Of a stretch of DNA of 64,000 nt, positions 14,014-27,870 are shown one piece after another. The notes beneath the pieces were generated by a model. It was given only the letters and a program-made list of their open reading frames with translations. It did not search any database and was not told where the DNA came from. This DNA is from Tubiluchus corallicola (lineage: Eukaryota; Animalia; Priapulida), in the NCBI GenBank assembly GCA_030141605.1, contig JAQGDQ010000061.1, forward strand, positions 241,534 through 305,533, in the 5' to 3' direction. Every line of letters starts with the position of its first letter. Position 1 is the stretch's first letter. The translations under genes were made by a program, and so were the position numbers.

Positions 14014-14225
14014 CTTTTCTTCTCTTCTCTTCTCTTCTCTTCTCTTCTCTTCTCTTCTCTTCTCTTCTCTTCTCTTCTCTTCTCTTCTCTTCTCTTCTCT
14101 TCTCTTCTCTTCTCTTCTCTTCTCTTCTCTTCTCTTCTCTTCTCTTCTCTTCTCTTCTCTTCTCTTCTCTTCTCTTCTCTTCTCTTCTCTTCTCTTCTCT
14201 TCTCTTCTCTTCTCTTCTCTTCTCC
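14014..14225. repeat. (TTCTC)n pentanucleotide microsatellite
   Basis: About 40 perfect units, directly visible. Confidence 0.97.
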
Positions 14226-16499
14226 CTTCCCTTCCCCTCCCCTCTTCCCCTCTCCTCTCCTATTCTCCTCTACCCACTTCCCCTCCCCGCCCGGCCGGTC
14301 TCGTCTCGTCTTTCCCTTTCTTTTACACACAATAAAACACTAATTGTGCTTATTCTTGTGATTACGAATTATCCTGGTATTATAAGAGATAACAAGTCAC
14401 GTACAAAAGACGCAAAAGGAAAACAAAACGCAGACATTCACCATTATCAAAAACATTTGGTGTCTACGTTTTGTCCAAGAAACGCGTTGAAGAAAATCTT
14501 ACCTCTGAACACGACTTTGATGACATGTTCTGTATGCACCTTTATTCCAGTCACTTCGCGCAAATGCAGAACGAGCGCCATTTTATCCTTCCTTTCTGAA
14601 ATAATCGAAAACTATTAATTTAGTCACCGATAAAAGCTCCCAATTCGGCACTATCAATAGAATCTTATATTTACTACCGTACAAATTTGGTTTAAAGTTA
14701 CTGTAAATCTATATAAGAGGACGAAACATTGACCATAGAAGCACATTTTCGAGATACACGGTCAAACACCACACGCTTGACTTCAGACAATCACAACTGA
14801 CATATATAGTCAGAACAATAGGCATATTACGACTATAATGGACTCATGGTTATTGGGGACATTGACACGACACATAAGAGCATCCGCGGAAGCCATCTCT
14901 TGAACCAACAAAATATAAAAAAATTAGAAGGCCTCTAAATTAATATCTTCATACCTTCATTACGTTTATATACATACAAGGTTTTAAATAATTGATCACA
15001 GTTCAGCTCTCTTCTTCATGAAGTAGATTTAACTAATGACTCCTAACCTTTTTCAAAAGGGTTATATCCCCACTTGCACGTAATACCAGTCAATGTAAGG
15101 TGTTGGGGGACAGCAATGCAGTATAACCTTCATCACTATTACCTGAGAGAGGTATAAATAAATTATTAGAAATCCTGAGAAATTTAATTCGACAACTAAA
15201 GCCGTTGAATTCTGACTATTAGAAAAACCAGGTTCTGATTCACAGTCCACGAATAAGAATAAAATATTATAATGAGCTTGCAGACTGCCCCATTTATCAG
15301 AGCTTAGGAAATCATTAACGCCAATGCTTTGTTAAATTTGATATTATTAAACACAGCGGAATCCGAAAGTGACTAATCTCGCCATTATGCGCTGTAATAA
15401 CTATACGTTTCTGTATCAACGCTTCACGCCCGTGAATGCAATTCGTCTAGATTTTCATAATTCGGCTTCGACTTGACGACACAATCCAGTGAGGATATAT
15501 TTCAATGCCAAACGTAACGTAATTACCCAAGTAATCTTGCGTGCATGGCCAAGCGGCGAAATGCAAAAACTGCAACACTTGAAATTAAAGCAAAAATTCG
15601 TGATCTCCGTGTTGTCTAAATCCGTACCTGTTAATAGAAGCTTCAAAATAATTGTAAAACGTGGGGATACAGGTTTTGTAAACACTTCCTTATATGGTAT
15701 TCACTCAAAAGATTGCAATGTACGTACACAATTTATATTTTATGTTAAACTGTATCCCTGAGCTGAAATGCTAAAATTACCAGTACTAAGAGAAACAAAT
15801 GATTGTTTTTGTTCAGTAGTGCACTTTTTGTCAATGCTCAGTAAATAACACAGTATTTGCTTAATTTGAATATATTAATGCAATTAGTAACGTTACGTTG
15901 AATGATGGTGAAATATTTTAGCATAACCTTTACATTTCCAGTAATCGTAAAGGCAAACGCACAATAAAATGTTTTCCGTGAATATGAAACAATCGATATC
16001 TTTTTATAAAATGTTAATCAGACATTGATTTTTCAAAAGCGCATCAACTGAAGCAGAGTGACTCTCAACAATGAACATACACCATAAGATCATCGAAATT
16101 AATTCACTGGAATCTACCAGACTAGCGCTGAAAAAAATGCAAAAATGCAAAAAAGTTGTCCCAGCAATGTTTGATTCACTGATGTGATCGCCTAAAAGTT
16201 TGTCATATGCCTGAAGTTTATTCATAGAAGCCGAAAATTAAGGCACGACGTTTTTATTGATAGCGACTATTTTTGGGAATAATAATATTTTAAGTCATTT
16301 TTTATTATAAGCACTAGTAGTCTGTCGAAACGTTTGGCATGATTTTAACTTTTTAACTTTGTAAAGTAAAAGTTTTAATAAAGTTGCGTTGTTTTAACTA
16401 TGATAATATTTCATTTTTCAACAGCAGTAATTCGATACCATTTTGCCTTTGAAGTAGCACCAACTTTTAATGCATTCTCTTCCCTTAAGAGCGATGTTA

Positions 16500-16712
16500 A
16501 TACCAGAGTTGTCACATGAACGTGATTGGAAACCGACCATCATAATTACTAAATAGATGGGAGACCGCTAAGGAACGTGCTTCTTGGCAGTTTCAGTTAC
16601 CAAACTGTTATTTCTCTCAGTTAAGAGGGAGTGCATACATAGACGAACGCAACTAAGACACCTCTGCCAGATGATGTAATGCTGGTCCCGCTACACCTTT
16701 TCAGCACTAATA

Positions 16713-16777
<65 letters not shown>

Positions 16778-16785
16778 ATATATAC
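16500..16785 (+). mobile_element. 5S rRNA-derived SINE-like element (partial head, body, (TATATG)n tail)
   Basis: GATGGGAGACCGC at 16556-16568 matches the 5S box C region. The body is similar to the minus-strand element at 18420-18530. Ends in a simple-repeat tail at 16709-16783. Confidence 0.5.
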
Positions 16786-18129
16786 AGTATATTATCTTCA
16801 TTTCGTGCAATTCATTAAATAAATGTACACTTTTGATAGTTGGCAAATTTAGTAAATAAATTAACATTAATGATAATTTGTGACCGGATTAGTGGAAAAA
16901 ATGAGTACTAATATTTACATAATATATATATAAAATATTTGCGCACTAGGCCTATATACAAGACCAAATCAGTCGTGACTTTACACTGTTGCAAGATAAT
17001 GTATTAATACAGCTAACTGGCTATTGTCAAGCCCAACGTTAAGTACTCTCCACCCTAACAATGATTCCTTAATAATATTTCCGTTAACAATGGTTCCTCT
17101 GTTTGCACTATTATTATATCGTTTCATAAAATCATTTATTTTTAATTTAAATGACAGTAAAACAGTGCGATTACTAATCCATGGTGAACTGCTTAAATAT
17201 TTTAAGTTAAAAACGGTTGTGTTTCTGACATCATTGCTAACGATTTTACAAAGATATGCACCAATTCGTTCGATGACAGAACACATTGCTTCATAAAGTT
17301 TGCGACTCGAACAGAAGCATACCACTACGGAAAGCTTAAATCAGTAATCACTGGCAATAAATTACTATGTGTGCGCCATGACAAAGAACTACCATAATAG
17401 GTAATAATAGGCCTATAGCTTTGAAATAATTAGCGTGTAGGCTGGATTTACCTATAATAGGCTAGACAGGATGAAGCCTGGGTCTCACAGTCTAAGGGAG
17501 CCTCCGGCCAATGTGTGTAATATATTATTACACTCACAAGTCTCTTCGATCCACGCTGTCATAATGTGCTCTAGTCTCTAAAAGAATCTTTCTTCAGTAA
17601 TTTTCTTTGCCTTTCTATGAATCTGGCACGTGTGGAATGCTTTATGTTTTACTTTCAAACAACTATTGAAGATAAAATTAATTGAGTGACGTGAAAAAAT
17701 CCGAGTTCGTTTCCACGCTGACATTTACTTCAGATACTGATCTGTGAGTGGCCAATTATAGCTGATATGTATTACCTGAAGATTGTTTACCAAGTAAGCA
17801 ATTTTAATTTTCTCTGAACTGCATGTAATGAGGAACTTAAAGTAGATTTTAGAAGTGTCACATTGTTACCATCAACTAATCGTGATCGTCTTTAATAACA
17901 CTTCCCAGGAAGAAAATTGGTAAGTTGAAAGGCTCCAACAAAATGTAAGTGAGCTTACAATTTCATTTTTCTTAAAATTTCTGATAATTTCTGCTTGAAA
18001 ATGTTTGCAAAGTTTTTCATTGTTCATTTTAACATTTATGCATTTTTTTGTATCTTCTACAGCATTTAGTAATATCACCTTGCATCCTTCAGCGGAGGAA
18101 TGCTGATTAGAAAGAATTGCGAATTGTGC

Positions 18130-18650
18130 AATTTTATTAAACACCCCTCATTACCCTCGGCTTTACTCACTTCTATCTGTCTCTTGCCTTGAGAGTCGGG
18201 GTAGACAGGGCCCATCGGGGGTTGGTAGGGGTCTTACAAGTTCAATAGTATAGGCCTCTTTATTTAATTCAGGTCTTCTTCAGGAAATCTCTCCTGCACA
18301 CTACACGTTTTTTACAAGAGTCGGTGCACTGTAAGCCAGAATCCAGTGCTCAATGGCAGGGTTACTCAAATTCGGATTTTCGTGGCTACACCTGAGGCTG
18401 GCTTGTTTTAAAACATGTCTAAACCAACAAAGATGTCTTAGCCACCATTCGTACGGGACTGGCAGCTTCCCTCAAGGAGGTAAACAATCAGAGTCAGCCC
18501 ACTCAATGAAAATTCCCGAAACGAGCATTGATCCATCAGTCACCTTTTCATGGAACTGACAAACCTTTCTCGTTGCTTAACTTCGGCGTAGTTCGGTCAA
18601 TAAGTACACTCCGTAACCATTCTGCTGTTTTCATCGTGTTGTGGTTGAAA
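18130..18650 (-). mobile_element. 5S rRNA-derived element: decayed near-full-length 5S head followed by a structured body
   Basis: Minus strand reads CAACCACAACACGATGAAAACAGCAG ... CCGAAGTTAAGCAACG (18586-18571, exact invertebrate 5S box A region) ... GTCAGTTCCATGAAAAGGTGACTG (decayed IE/box C), in colinear 5S order with a ~20-nt insertion. The 3' boundary is uncertain. Confidence 0.6.
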
Positions 18651-19568
18651 TCTGAATTACAGCTTGCAGTATTAGATTGCATAAACAACTCTGTAGAGAT
18701 AGAAAATTGTGTTTAATTCCCTATTATTCTCATCTGTTATACAGCGCTGTTGTTGCCATCTACTAAACCAATTCTTGAATAAGCATAAGCTAATGAATCT
18801 TTTAAAAGACTATAGTGCCTTCGAAACATATATAGTGTAACAGGCCGATACTGCATTATTAATGAAATTACCGTACAGTCAGTTAATACTGTATTTACTT
18901 ATTAGCTAACTTTTACAATTTTATCTCGTAAATATATTGTTTTTACTGTAAATTGTATGACGATGTTACGTATAATATTATTGTTAATGTTTATACTGTT
19001 TCAGTACTTATGTATTTTACTGTCGTTGTCGTTTGTAATCATCAGCAAACTTTATTAGGTAAAGTTTTACGAAATACGAACCTTATATAATGTAATACTA
19101 CCAGTCCACCGTTTCCTTGCTTTCCATTGTAGGTCACTGCTGATAATCAGCCTTTATAACTGGCTTTTGGATACTATGTCATGCGCGAAAAATAATTATG
19201 GTTGATAAATTAAGCGATCCCTACAGCAATTAAAACCAGAAACACAGCAAAAAATTCGCTGCTTAGTTCACATTTTATAATCCATTTATGTTTAACACTG
19301 ATCTGTTGACTATGCAGTTACTTGGCAACATTATTGCAGCATCCTCATCAAATGTGAGCGGAAATTGTTCTGCTGGTTGAATCCCGCATGCACATCGGGA
19401 GAAACCATTGGCAAGTAGAGGGGCTGCAGTAAACGCAAGAAATAAAGGCATTGATTGTGGCAAAATATGTAACTGGTAGTAGTTCCTCAGAAGTTTCTGT
19501 TCCGAGTGGAGAACAGAAAGAGAGAGAGAGAGGAATTAGGAGAGAGAAAAGGGACAGAGGGGAAAAAC

Positions 19569-19760
<192 letters not shown>

Positions 19761-20084
19761 GATCGGAAGAAGATGAAAGATAGAAAGAAGAAAAGAGATG
19801 AAAAACGAAAGCTGTAATACACATAGGCTTATTTTTTCGAATATTCTACAGCAATAAGCTCCTGCCACTTGGTATGTCACTCTTGGTAGCTTAAATCGTT
19901 TCAATTGTCATTGCCATCATTTATATCATTGTCTGTATCATCGACGACATGGTCCTAATTATCACTACGGTCATCATTACCAAACAGTGTCATCAATATT
20001 TAACTGGCTGTGTTGGTTTAGATTTTCTTCTTCGTAATCTTACTTGTAAAGATCAGGACCGTCATCATTGTCATTACCATTATC

Positions 20085-20189
20085 GCACCATCACCATCAC
20101 CATCACCATCACCACCACCACCACCACCACCACCACCACCACCACCACCACCACCAACACCACCACCACCACCACCATCATCATCATCA

Positions 20190-20234
<45 letters not shown>

Positions 20235-20255
20235 TCATCATCATCATCACCATCA
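20085..20255. repeat. Compound trinucleotide microsatellite (CAT/CAC/CGT)n
   Basis: Directly visible. Confidence 0.95.
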
Positions 20256-20630
20256 CTAACATGTAATGGAATCAAGCTGTTTTGAATAAATGAATAAAAC
20301 ATATTGTAATATACACAGCTGTAGTTATAGGTAAATATCTTTCCCCTATAAAATCCATTAAGTGTTTTATTTAACAAAATTAAATTCTCAATGTCTGTGT
20401 ATTGAGTGCGATTTTGTACATTTTTGTAAGATTCTCATTATTGTACCATTTGAACGTCATGCATGTATTTTTAATTTAGTTATTAATGTTTGGGCATTAT
20501 GTATTTTGTACGTTTTTTGTAATTTCTAATATTATGTGTATACCATGTATATGTTTTTAGTTTAATTTTTAATGTACGTTTTTTTGAATATAATGGCCTA
20601 TGTTATATGTGACAATTTTAGCAATAAATA

Positions 20631-20980
<350 letters not shown>

Positions 20981-21419
20981 AAATGAAATAATTATCGTCA
21001 TCGTCATTTTGTCGGTTCGCTTAGTGTTCCTGGCATTTTTTTGTTTGTGGCAGCGGTCTATTTATTTCAGGTAAAAACTGTCATACTGACAGTTAAAGAT
21101 AACATTACTTCATGACTGCCGCGACACAATTCAATTAGCGGATGCACCTGTTAATGATACGACCTCGTCCTTTACAAATTGGCAGCTGCAAGAATATCGT
21201 CCATAGCAACAAACATTTTTATTAGGACAGAATGGCTATAGGTAAATGTCACCTTCACTGAGTACATTGCATTCGGCTCAGTGTTAACAGAATTAAATCA
21301 ATTGATGATACTGCAGGTGGCGCTCAGAGCAGATATTATTACAACACGTATATGAGATTGATGATGCAATACAGAGATAAAATTATTAGAGCTTATGATA
21401 AATGTGCCATGCATTTTAC

Positions 21420-21858
21420 CAGGTTCGACGAGAGAGGGGGCGGGGGCCAGTGCCCCGGGGCTCGGGTGTCTAGCGGACGCAACTAGGGTTTTATATAGCT
21501 AGAGCTGCTAAAGTTTTTTCCTGCTAAAGTTGTTTACGTGGATTAGCCCTTTTTTCTTGTCTTTTCTCTAGCCTTTCCCTCAACAGTAGTACCTTTTTGA
21601 TTGGTGGAGACTGGAAATAATGGGGAATTAATTAATTTAGTTTAAAAAAATGTATATGCATTTTCTGGTTTTTGTTTTGCTTATAATCAATGTCAATGTC
21701 AAATCAATGTCAAAGGTTCTTACAGTATAACATTAGTGGTGTCATTTCAGTGTTTACATCTAATTGGAACATTAGTGTTTACGTCTTTCTGTGACGTTTT
21801 GCCTCTTGAAGTGAGGCCCTTAATGCTTGCTGACCCGGAATGGCTGTCGGCGGCCCTG
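21420..21858. mobile_element. hAT-like MITE
   Basis: Imperfect TIRs CAGGTTCGACGAGAG and CTGTCGGCGGCCCTG; degenerate 8-bp TSD CATTTTAC / CATTTCGC; GC-rich subterminal segments. Confidence 0.55.
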
Positions 21859-22086
21859 CATTTCGCAGTCTATGCATTTGTTAGATAGTATGAAGTAGGA
21901 ATGACATGTCAGAGAGCATTTACTAATTTACTGTAGTTATATGTTTGTGTTCGAATTACTGTCGCTCTATTTAACAGCCCGCTTTTCGTTTGCAACAACA
22001 TTAGCCTATTGATTAATATGAAAAAATGATCAATATTGATCAATTTAAATAAATCTAGTTACTTTGTCTCCGACTTTAATCTATCC

Positions 22087-22855
22087 CAGTTCAAATATTA
22101 GTTCAACCAGAACCAAGACGCTGCCCTAGTACGCCGTTAGAGACCAAAAAGGCCGAATAATCGTGAAAAATGAAAACCCATAAATCTGAGAAGAAACACG
22201 TAGGGCCAAGTTTACAGTGGATTCAAGAAGTAGTCTCCACAACCTCCCACAAGGGTTCTAGTAAGGCACAATCGCATAAAGCAAACTATCTCTTATTGCA
22301 AACGCGTAAAATCATAACGGGCTTCATATTATGGCCTTGTGGGCATATATTGTATATTCAAAGCTGCACAATAACATTTATGTAAAAAAATATGGGACGA
22401 TGATAAACATAACATGTGTGCGTTCTTGAATAGCTTTCAGGACGCTATTCTTAAAAACACCTCGACAAATAAACAGTCTCTTTTGATGAACGTTGGAGTG
22501 GCAAATTTGATCCGAATACATCAACTAGGTTGGAGTGGTTTTGGCAATTTGCATTATTGCGAAACTAACTGTATCATTTACATTTATTCTCAGACCTTTA
22601 AGGCTAGCTGTTGTAATAACTTGAATTTTTACTAGCAAAGTAATAGTGGCGTTTAGTGAATGTGCTTAAAAGAAAATCTATCAGTTTTATTATACCAGTT
22701 CAAATATTAGTCCAACCAGAATCAAGACGATGCCGTACTACGCCGTCAGAGACCAAAAGGCTGAATAACCGTGAAATAAGAAAAACCCATAAAGCTGAGA
22801 AGAAACACGTAGGGCACGACTATAGTGAATTCAAGAACCAGTAGTTCTCTACAAC
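22087..22855. repeat. Diverged direct repeat of ~160 bp (22087-22243 and 22696-22854)
   Basis: Both copies begin CCAGTTCAAATATTAGT and share CTGAGAAGAAACACGTAGGGC. Confidence 0.9.
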
Positions 22856-23534
22856 AAACGGGCATATTTGTAAGATAAAGTTTCTAGTAGCACAACATGC
22901 AAGACATATTTGGAAATAAATCCCAGCCTGTCTATGCACCCAATGTATGGGAACACAGAGTTCCTGAGCACAAACGCATAATCGTCACAAGAATAAGGGT
23001 CTCATTCACAATCAGGCTATAGAAACAGGTCGTTGGCCAAATGTACCTCGTGAGCGCAGTTGCGTACTTGTGGAGAAATGCAGGCAGAAGAACACTTTTT
23101 GTGCGAGTGCCCTGAAAATGCACGTCATAGATCTCTGTACGCGCTAAATTATAGCAACATTGCAAATTTATTTGATGGAGAATTACTGTCAAATGGAAAT
23201 TTCATTTATGATTGTATGCATAGATTTTGAGCTAAATAGTATGGGTTTTTATTAGCGGACATATAACTGTATCATTGTGATTATCATATAGGTAATTTTT
23301 TATACAAATATGTACAAATGTTTACTTAATAGCTTCTTTCGCGAAAAATTAAATTTGTATAGCTTTGTATATACCTTGTGCAGCTATGTTAGGTTAAATG
23401 GTTAGTATAACCTGAAAGTCATTACCCGAGCTCTGCCCGTTGATAAAACCATCGGGTATACATTGATTTTGTAATTTTCGTATAAGAAATTTGATTTTCA
23501 GAAAAAATACCTATCTATCTTTCAATATCTGCGT

Positions 23535-23555
23535 CATCATCATCATCACCATAAT

Positions 23556-23630
<75 letters not shown>
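23535..23630. repeat. (CAT)n microsatellite
   Basis: Directly visible. Confidence 0.95.
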
Positions 23631-23679
23631 TTGACCTTGAACATTTAGAAACTGCATGATACACTTATTCAACTTTACT

Positions 23680-24680
23680 GATAGACTTTCATTGCAAGAC
23701 CTTTCGGACGGTCGAGCAATATTTGGTCACGTAAGAAATGTTCTTAACTTGGACATAGTACGTGATGTTCAGGTATACCGGGGTGCCATTAGTATAATTA
23801 TACAATTGACTTCCCAAAATGGCATAAATCGAAGATAAGAGACACTGTTGGTTTTAATTTTATATTATAGCCTACGGTCCCTGGAGCTTGAAATTGATAA
23901 CGACAGACATTTTAAGTGGTGTCGGGTGCCTGCAATGCAGACACCTTAAACTTTCTGACCAAATTGGGACCTGGATCGAACAGATAAGATACCAGTTGAA
24001 ATTAAATGTAAATGATGGCCTACCAATCTTGAACCGAAAACATAGCAATGACTGAGAATTTAAGTCATATTGATTAACCGTTAGACACTCTAGGTAACAC
24101 CGCCCGAAATTAGGACCTACAATTAGTTACGTGGCTGCTATCTGGTTTATTCTTGTAAATGACGTGCAATAATCTCGAAAGACTGAAGTACGTAATTACT
24201 ACATTTCACTTGGTCGCGGTACCAACCAGATGCACAAAATACAGGAACAAGTTGGGGGATAGCAGACCTAAATTCAAAAGTCCTGCTTTTAAGGCATCTG
24301 GCGAGTAGTCAGTACGTACCACTTAACTTGTCTCTCTTTACTATTTTTATGGTTCAGGATTAGACAATCATTTACATTTGATTTCCGCTGTTCACATGTT
24401 TGATCCAGGTGTCAGTCTGATCAGACACTTAAGCGTGTATGTCTGTCGCTATTCCATCGTTATCAGTGTAATCATAAACTCGAGCTAGGCTATTTGGGTG
24501 GGGGGAGGGGAGGGGAGGGGGGTCATTTAGAGGAATACTAAAGATTACATACCAATGCCACACTGGTAAACGTCTACACCCGAACATCACGCAGTACTAT
24601 TCTCCAACTTCTTTTATAACTAAAATATAGGTATCTCGCTCGATTGATGAGAAGGGCTTAATTGAGATCAATGAAGCCAA
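23680..24680. repeat. Decayed ~1 kb palindrome (foldback element) centred near 24195
   Basis: Colinear inverted matches: GTGATGTTCAGGT vs ACCCGAACATCAC; ACCTGGATCGAACA vs TGTTTGATCCAGGT; AAATGTAAATGAT vs ATCATTTACATTT; CTGCTATC vs GATAGCAG. Centre is GTAATTAC at 24192-24199. Confidence 0.8.
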
Positions 24681-27201
24681 GAAGACAACATCAAACCATT
24701 TCTTAGGGCATTAAGAAGTTCATTGTCAAAATATGTAGCAATTTTCCGTTGTGATATTGAATAGCTACTTCATAATTATGTTTTCGGATCTGGTATTTTG
24801 AATCGATGTTATTTCAATGGACGCGTACGTTAGGATTGTCTACATTGTAAGAAGATAATTAATTTTAATGAAATCAAATATGCAAGGTATAATTATGATT
24901 GACTGGTAGATAGATTAACCGATTATTACTTACTTCAGCATTAAAAGCGGTAAAAACATAACAACATTTACAATGGCTATAAACTACACTAAAGATACCA
25001 AAATTACTGTAATTATACAAAATGAGACTGAAAGCATATAAAGTTTACGACGTAATATTAAAAATGGACTAGGGCAAGGTGTAGTGCTAAGTCACGACAT
25101 GTCTTCAATGTCTATCTAAATGATTTATCGACAAAATTAAAGTAAATTAAATAAAATAATTAATTAAATTATATATAGTTAGCTTATTTTGAAACAACTG
25201 TATTCCTCAAAAAATATAAACAATAATGTAAGTTATAAATTGCAAGATCTTTCAGACTAGCTGTCCTGATCCGGCTATACAAATCACTTATGTGTGTATC
25301 ACAATTATATAATTATGGCCGGTGCCATTCCTTGGCAATAATCATAATGAAATTGACGGGCATTGCGTGCAACCACAGGATACTAATCTACTACTATCTC
25401 GCAGAAGATTATAGCATATGTGATCACAACTCCACAAGACGGGCCAGATTCTCTGCCATCAGAATCTGGAAACATTTAATAAGACAGCTACTGACGATTG
25501 AGTGGTGCTTGACATGTATCTTGTTCATAACTATATGGGTGCAATTGGTACAACTTACGTGCAAGTGTTCAAATAATATACATCGTTAAAATTGTACAGC
25601 GATGTTCAGCCACCTGCAAAACTGGAAAAAATGAGATGGTTAAAAGACGGACTTAGTCTGGATTGGAATTAGAAACTTTCGAATTGCAATGCCATGACCA
25701 CTAAACTAAACAGCTTGTCGGTGAAGTCCTCATTATAATAGTTCATCAGTCAATCCAAATTTTCCAAGTGTTAGCTGACTTTATTCATATTAGAGTGAAT
25801 AATTAACAACTAACTATATTATTCTTTTTAAATAAGTAGATGTACAACATAGTGGACAATATATGTTTATCGGACCTGTTTTGTGGCATTTTGTACACAT
25901 GCATTAATGTCCGAATGGTTTTTGTTTCGTCAATACATAGTATTTGAAAATAATTTTACCAAAATGATGAATTATTTGCAAGAAAAAAATTTGGTAGACT
26001 AAATGATTGCAAAATTATCTTGTCATTACACGTTACAAAAATCAAGTCTGTATTTTTAATGTACAAGAAGAAATGTAATGAAAACATCTGCATGTTTAAA
26101 TGACTGTGTGTCTGTTCCCGATCTATAGTAATAGCACAGTGAGCAATAACGAACTTTGGTTGACATGTTGGCCCATAGATGGTACTGTATCACGGATGCG
26201 CACGAAATATGCGCAGTTTTAGAAAATTTTTCGAAAAATCAGTTTTGTTTGTCAAATAAATCTCTGTTTTTATGATTTTTCGACATTTGTTGTCAAGCTT
26301 AGGGCATAATTGTATACGTTAGCGATTACGGCTTTTCTATATTATTAAATGTCATCAAAATATGTGCTGATATCTTCAAGGAAGGTTATTCGTAGCTTCA
26401 AATTTCAGTCGCCATTGTCGGTAGCAGTAAATTGGTACGCGTACAGTATGTAGCTGTGTGGTGATTACTGTAGCTGTGCAGTTATACACAATTCATATTT
26501 TGGTGTAACATTAGGGTACCGTAATGTTATTCTAAATGCATCTGTGTGATGTTTCTTTTCCTGCCCGTGCAATTCACAGCAGTATTACTGTTGTATTTAG
26601 TACTGTTTGTGTACTAAATATCAATGTCTGAAACAAGTGAAGACAATTTATGCTGTCAGGTTGCAGTTGGAGAACTAACACGAGTTTATTTTAGTTTTTC
26701 CCTGTGGTGCCTTAACTTTTTTAAACTGCAATTATATTAATTTTGTAATCTTGAGTAACGTTATTACCATATTGTAATTTGTATGGCCCACGATAATAAT
26801 TTTAATGATGAAGTGAGTAACCTTCTTCACAGTTGTTTATAGGGTAAAATAGATTTTTATTTCTTTTTGACCTAGTGCTTCATGAGGTTGTGTAATGCCT
26901 TAATTAAGTGAGACACTGTTGTTATTATTACTAATAAGTTAATTTTTTATTTTTTATGTACAGTTCCATGGTTGTGAAGTGTATGAGCTTGAGCAGCGAA
27001 CTACGCATTTTTTAACATGTCTTCATCCCTCGTCCACAGGTGTCCTGTGGTTAACTATTAATGTATTGCTTGAAACAAAACCGCCATTTAGATGAAACCA
27101 AATTTAGTTAGGGTATCTGTGAAGTGTATCACATTTATTCGAACGGTGTGAGGATTTTTGAAATATTGTTATGTGGAGATAATTTTCACACAGTGGCTAA
27201 G

Positions 27202-27870
27202 ATGACCCTGGATTTCGATGCTAAAGCATTTTGTGATGGCTTGAAAGCCACTAAGCCTCCATACGAATGCCCAATCTCTGACTGTGGCAAGATATACAAA
27301 AGCTTATGCGGAATTCAGTTTCATCTTTATAACTATGATCATGCCAACCCTGATAGCACCTGTGTAAGTCCCCCAGATTCCCCTAAGAAGAAGAAAAGTT
27401 GGCACCACCGACAAACTAGAAGCAGATCTCCAACTCCGCCAGAGTTTTTTCGCGGCAGAGGGGATCATCAGCTAAGCTATGCTGAGGCACAAAAGATGGT
27501 TGAAATCGATGTGGATGGTACTGTGCATCGAATTAACATTTGCGAGCCGCTGGAGCTTATCAATCCTCAAATAGCCGACAAGCAACTTCTGGCATCCATT
27601 GAACAAGATGAGAACCAGAACAACAAAAAGAAGTCTCCCGCAAAATTAACCATCAAAAGAAATGACGGACCTCATTTGGTGTCCACCACGAATGCGAAGA
27701 CTTTGAAATTGCTTGACCCATCGTTTAGGTTATTGGAAGGTGACGAAGATGTGACTGTAAGCATTGATGGTAACAAGGGTGATTGCAGACCTGACAAAAG
27801 TTATTATCGGTTTGTGGAGAAGTCCGCTGAAGAGTTGGATAATGAGGTTGAATATGACATGGATGAACAA
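27202..27870 (+). CDS. BRPF1: BRPF coding exon 1 (N-terminal C2H2 finger, start of EPC-I)
   Basis: [24 protein letters not shown]...[11 protein letters not shown]; ends EVEYDMDEQ|gtacgt. Confidence 0.95.

Noticed and set aside
16981-17325. 114-aa minus-strand ORF
   Set aside because: Only a faint resemblance (SPWIS...) to a LINE EN-RT linker; not enough to call.
18535-18650. Functional 5S rRNA gene
   Set aside because: It has a ~20-nt insertion, a decayed box C and no intact 3' stem or T-run terminator; treated as a SINE head or pseudogene.
26150-26450. BRPF promoter and non-coding first exon (GCCATTGT YY1-like motif, possible donor at 26435, acceptors at 26963 and 27039)
   Set aside because: Plausible, but it cannot be fixed without transcript data.
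27124-27201. N-terminal extension of BRPF from the ORF track
   Set aside because: It starts at GTG; family homology begins exactly at the ATG at 27202.
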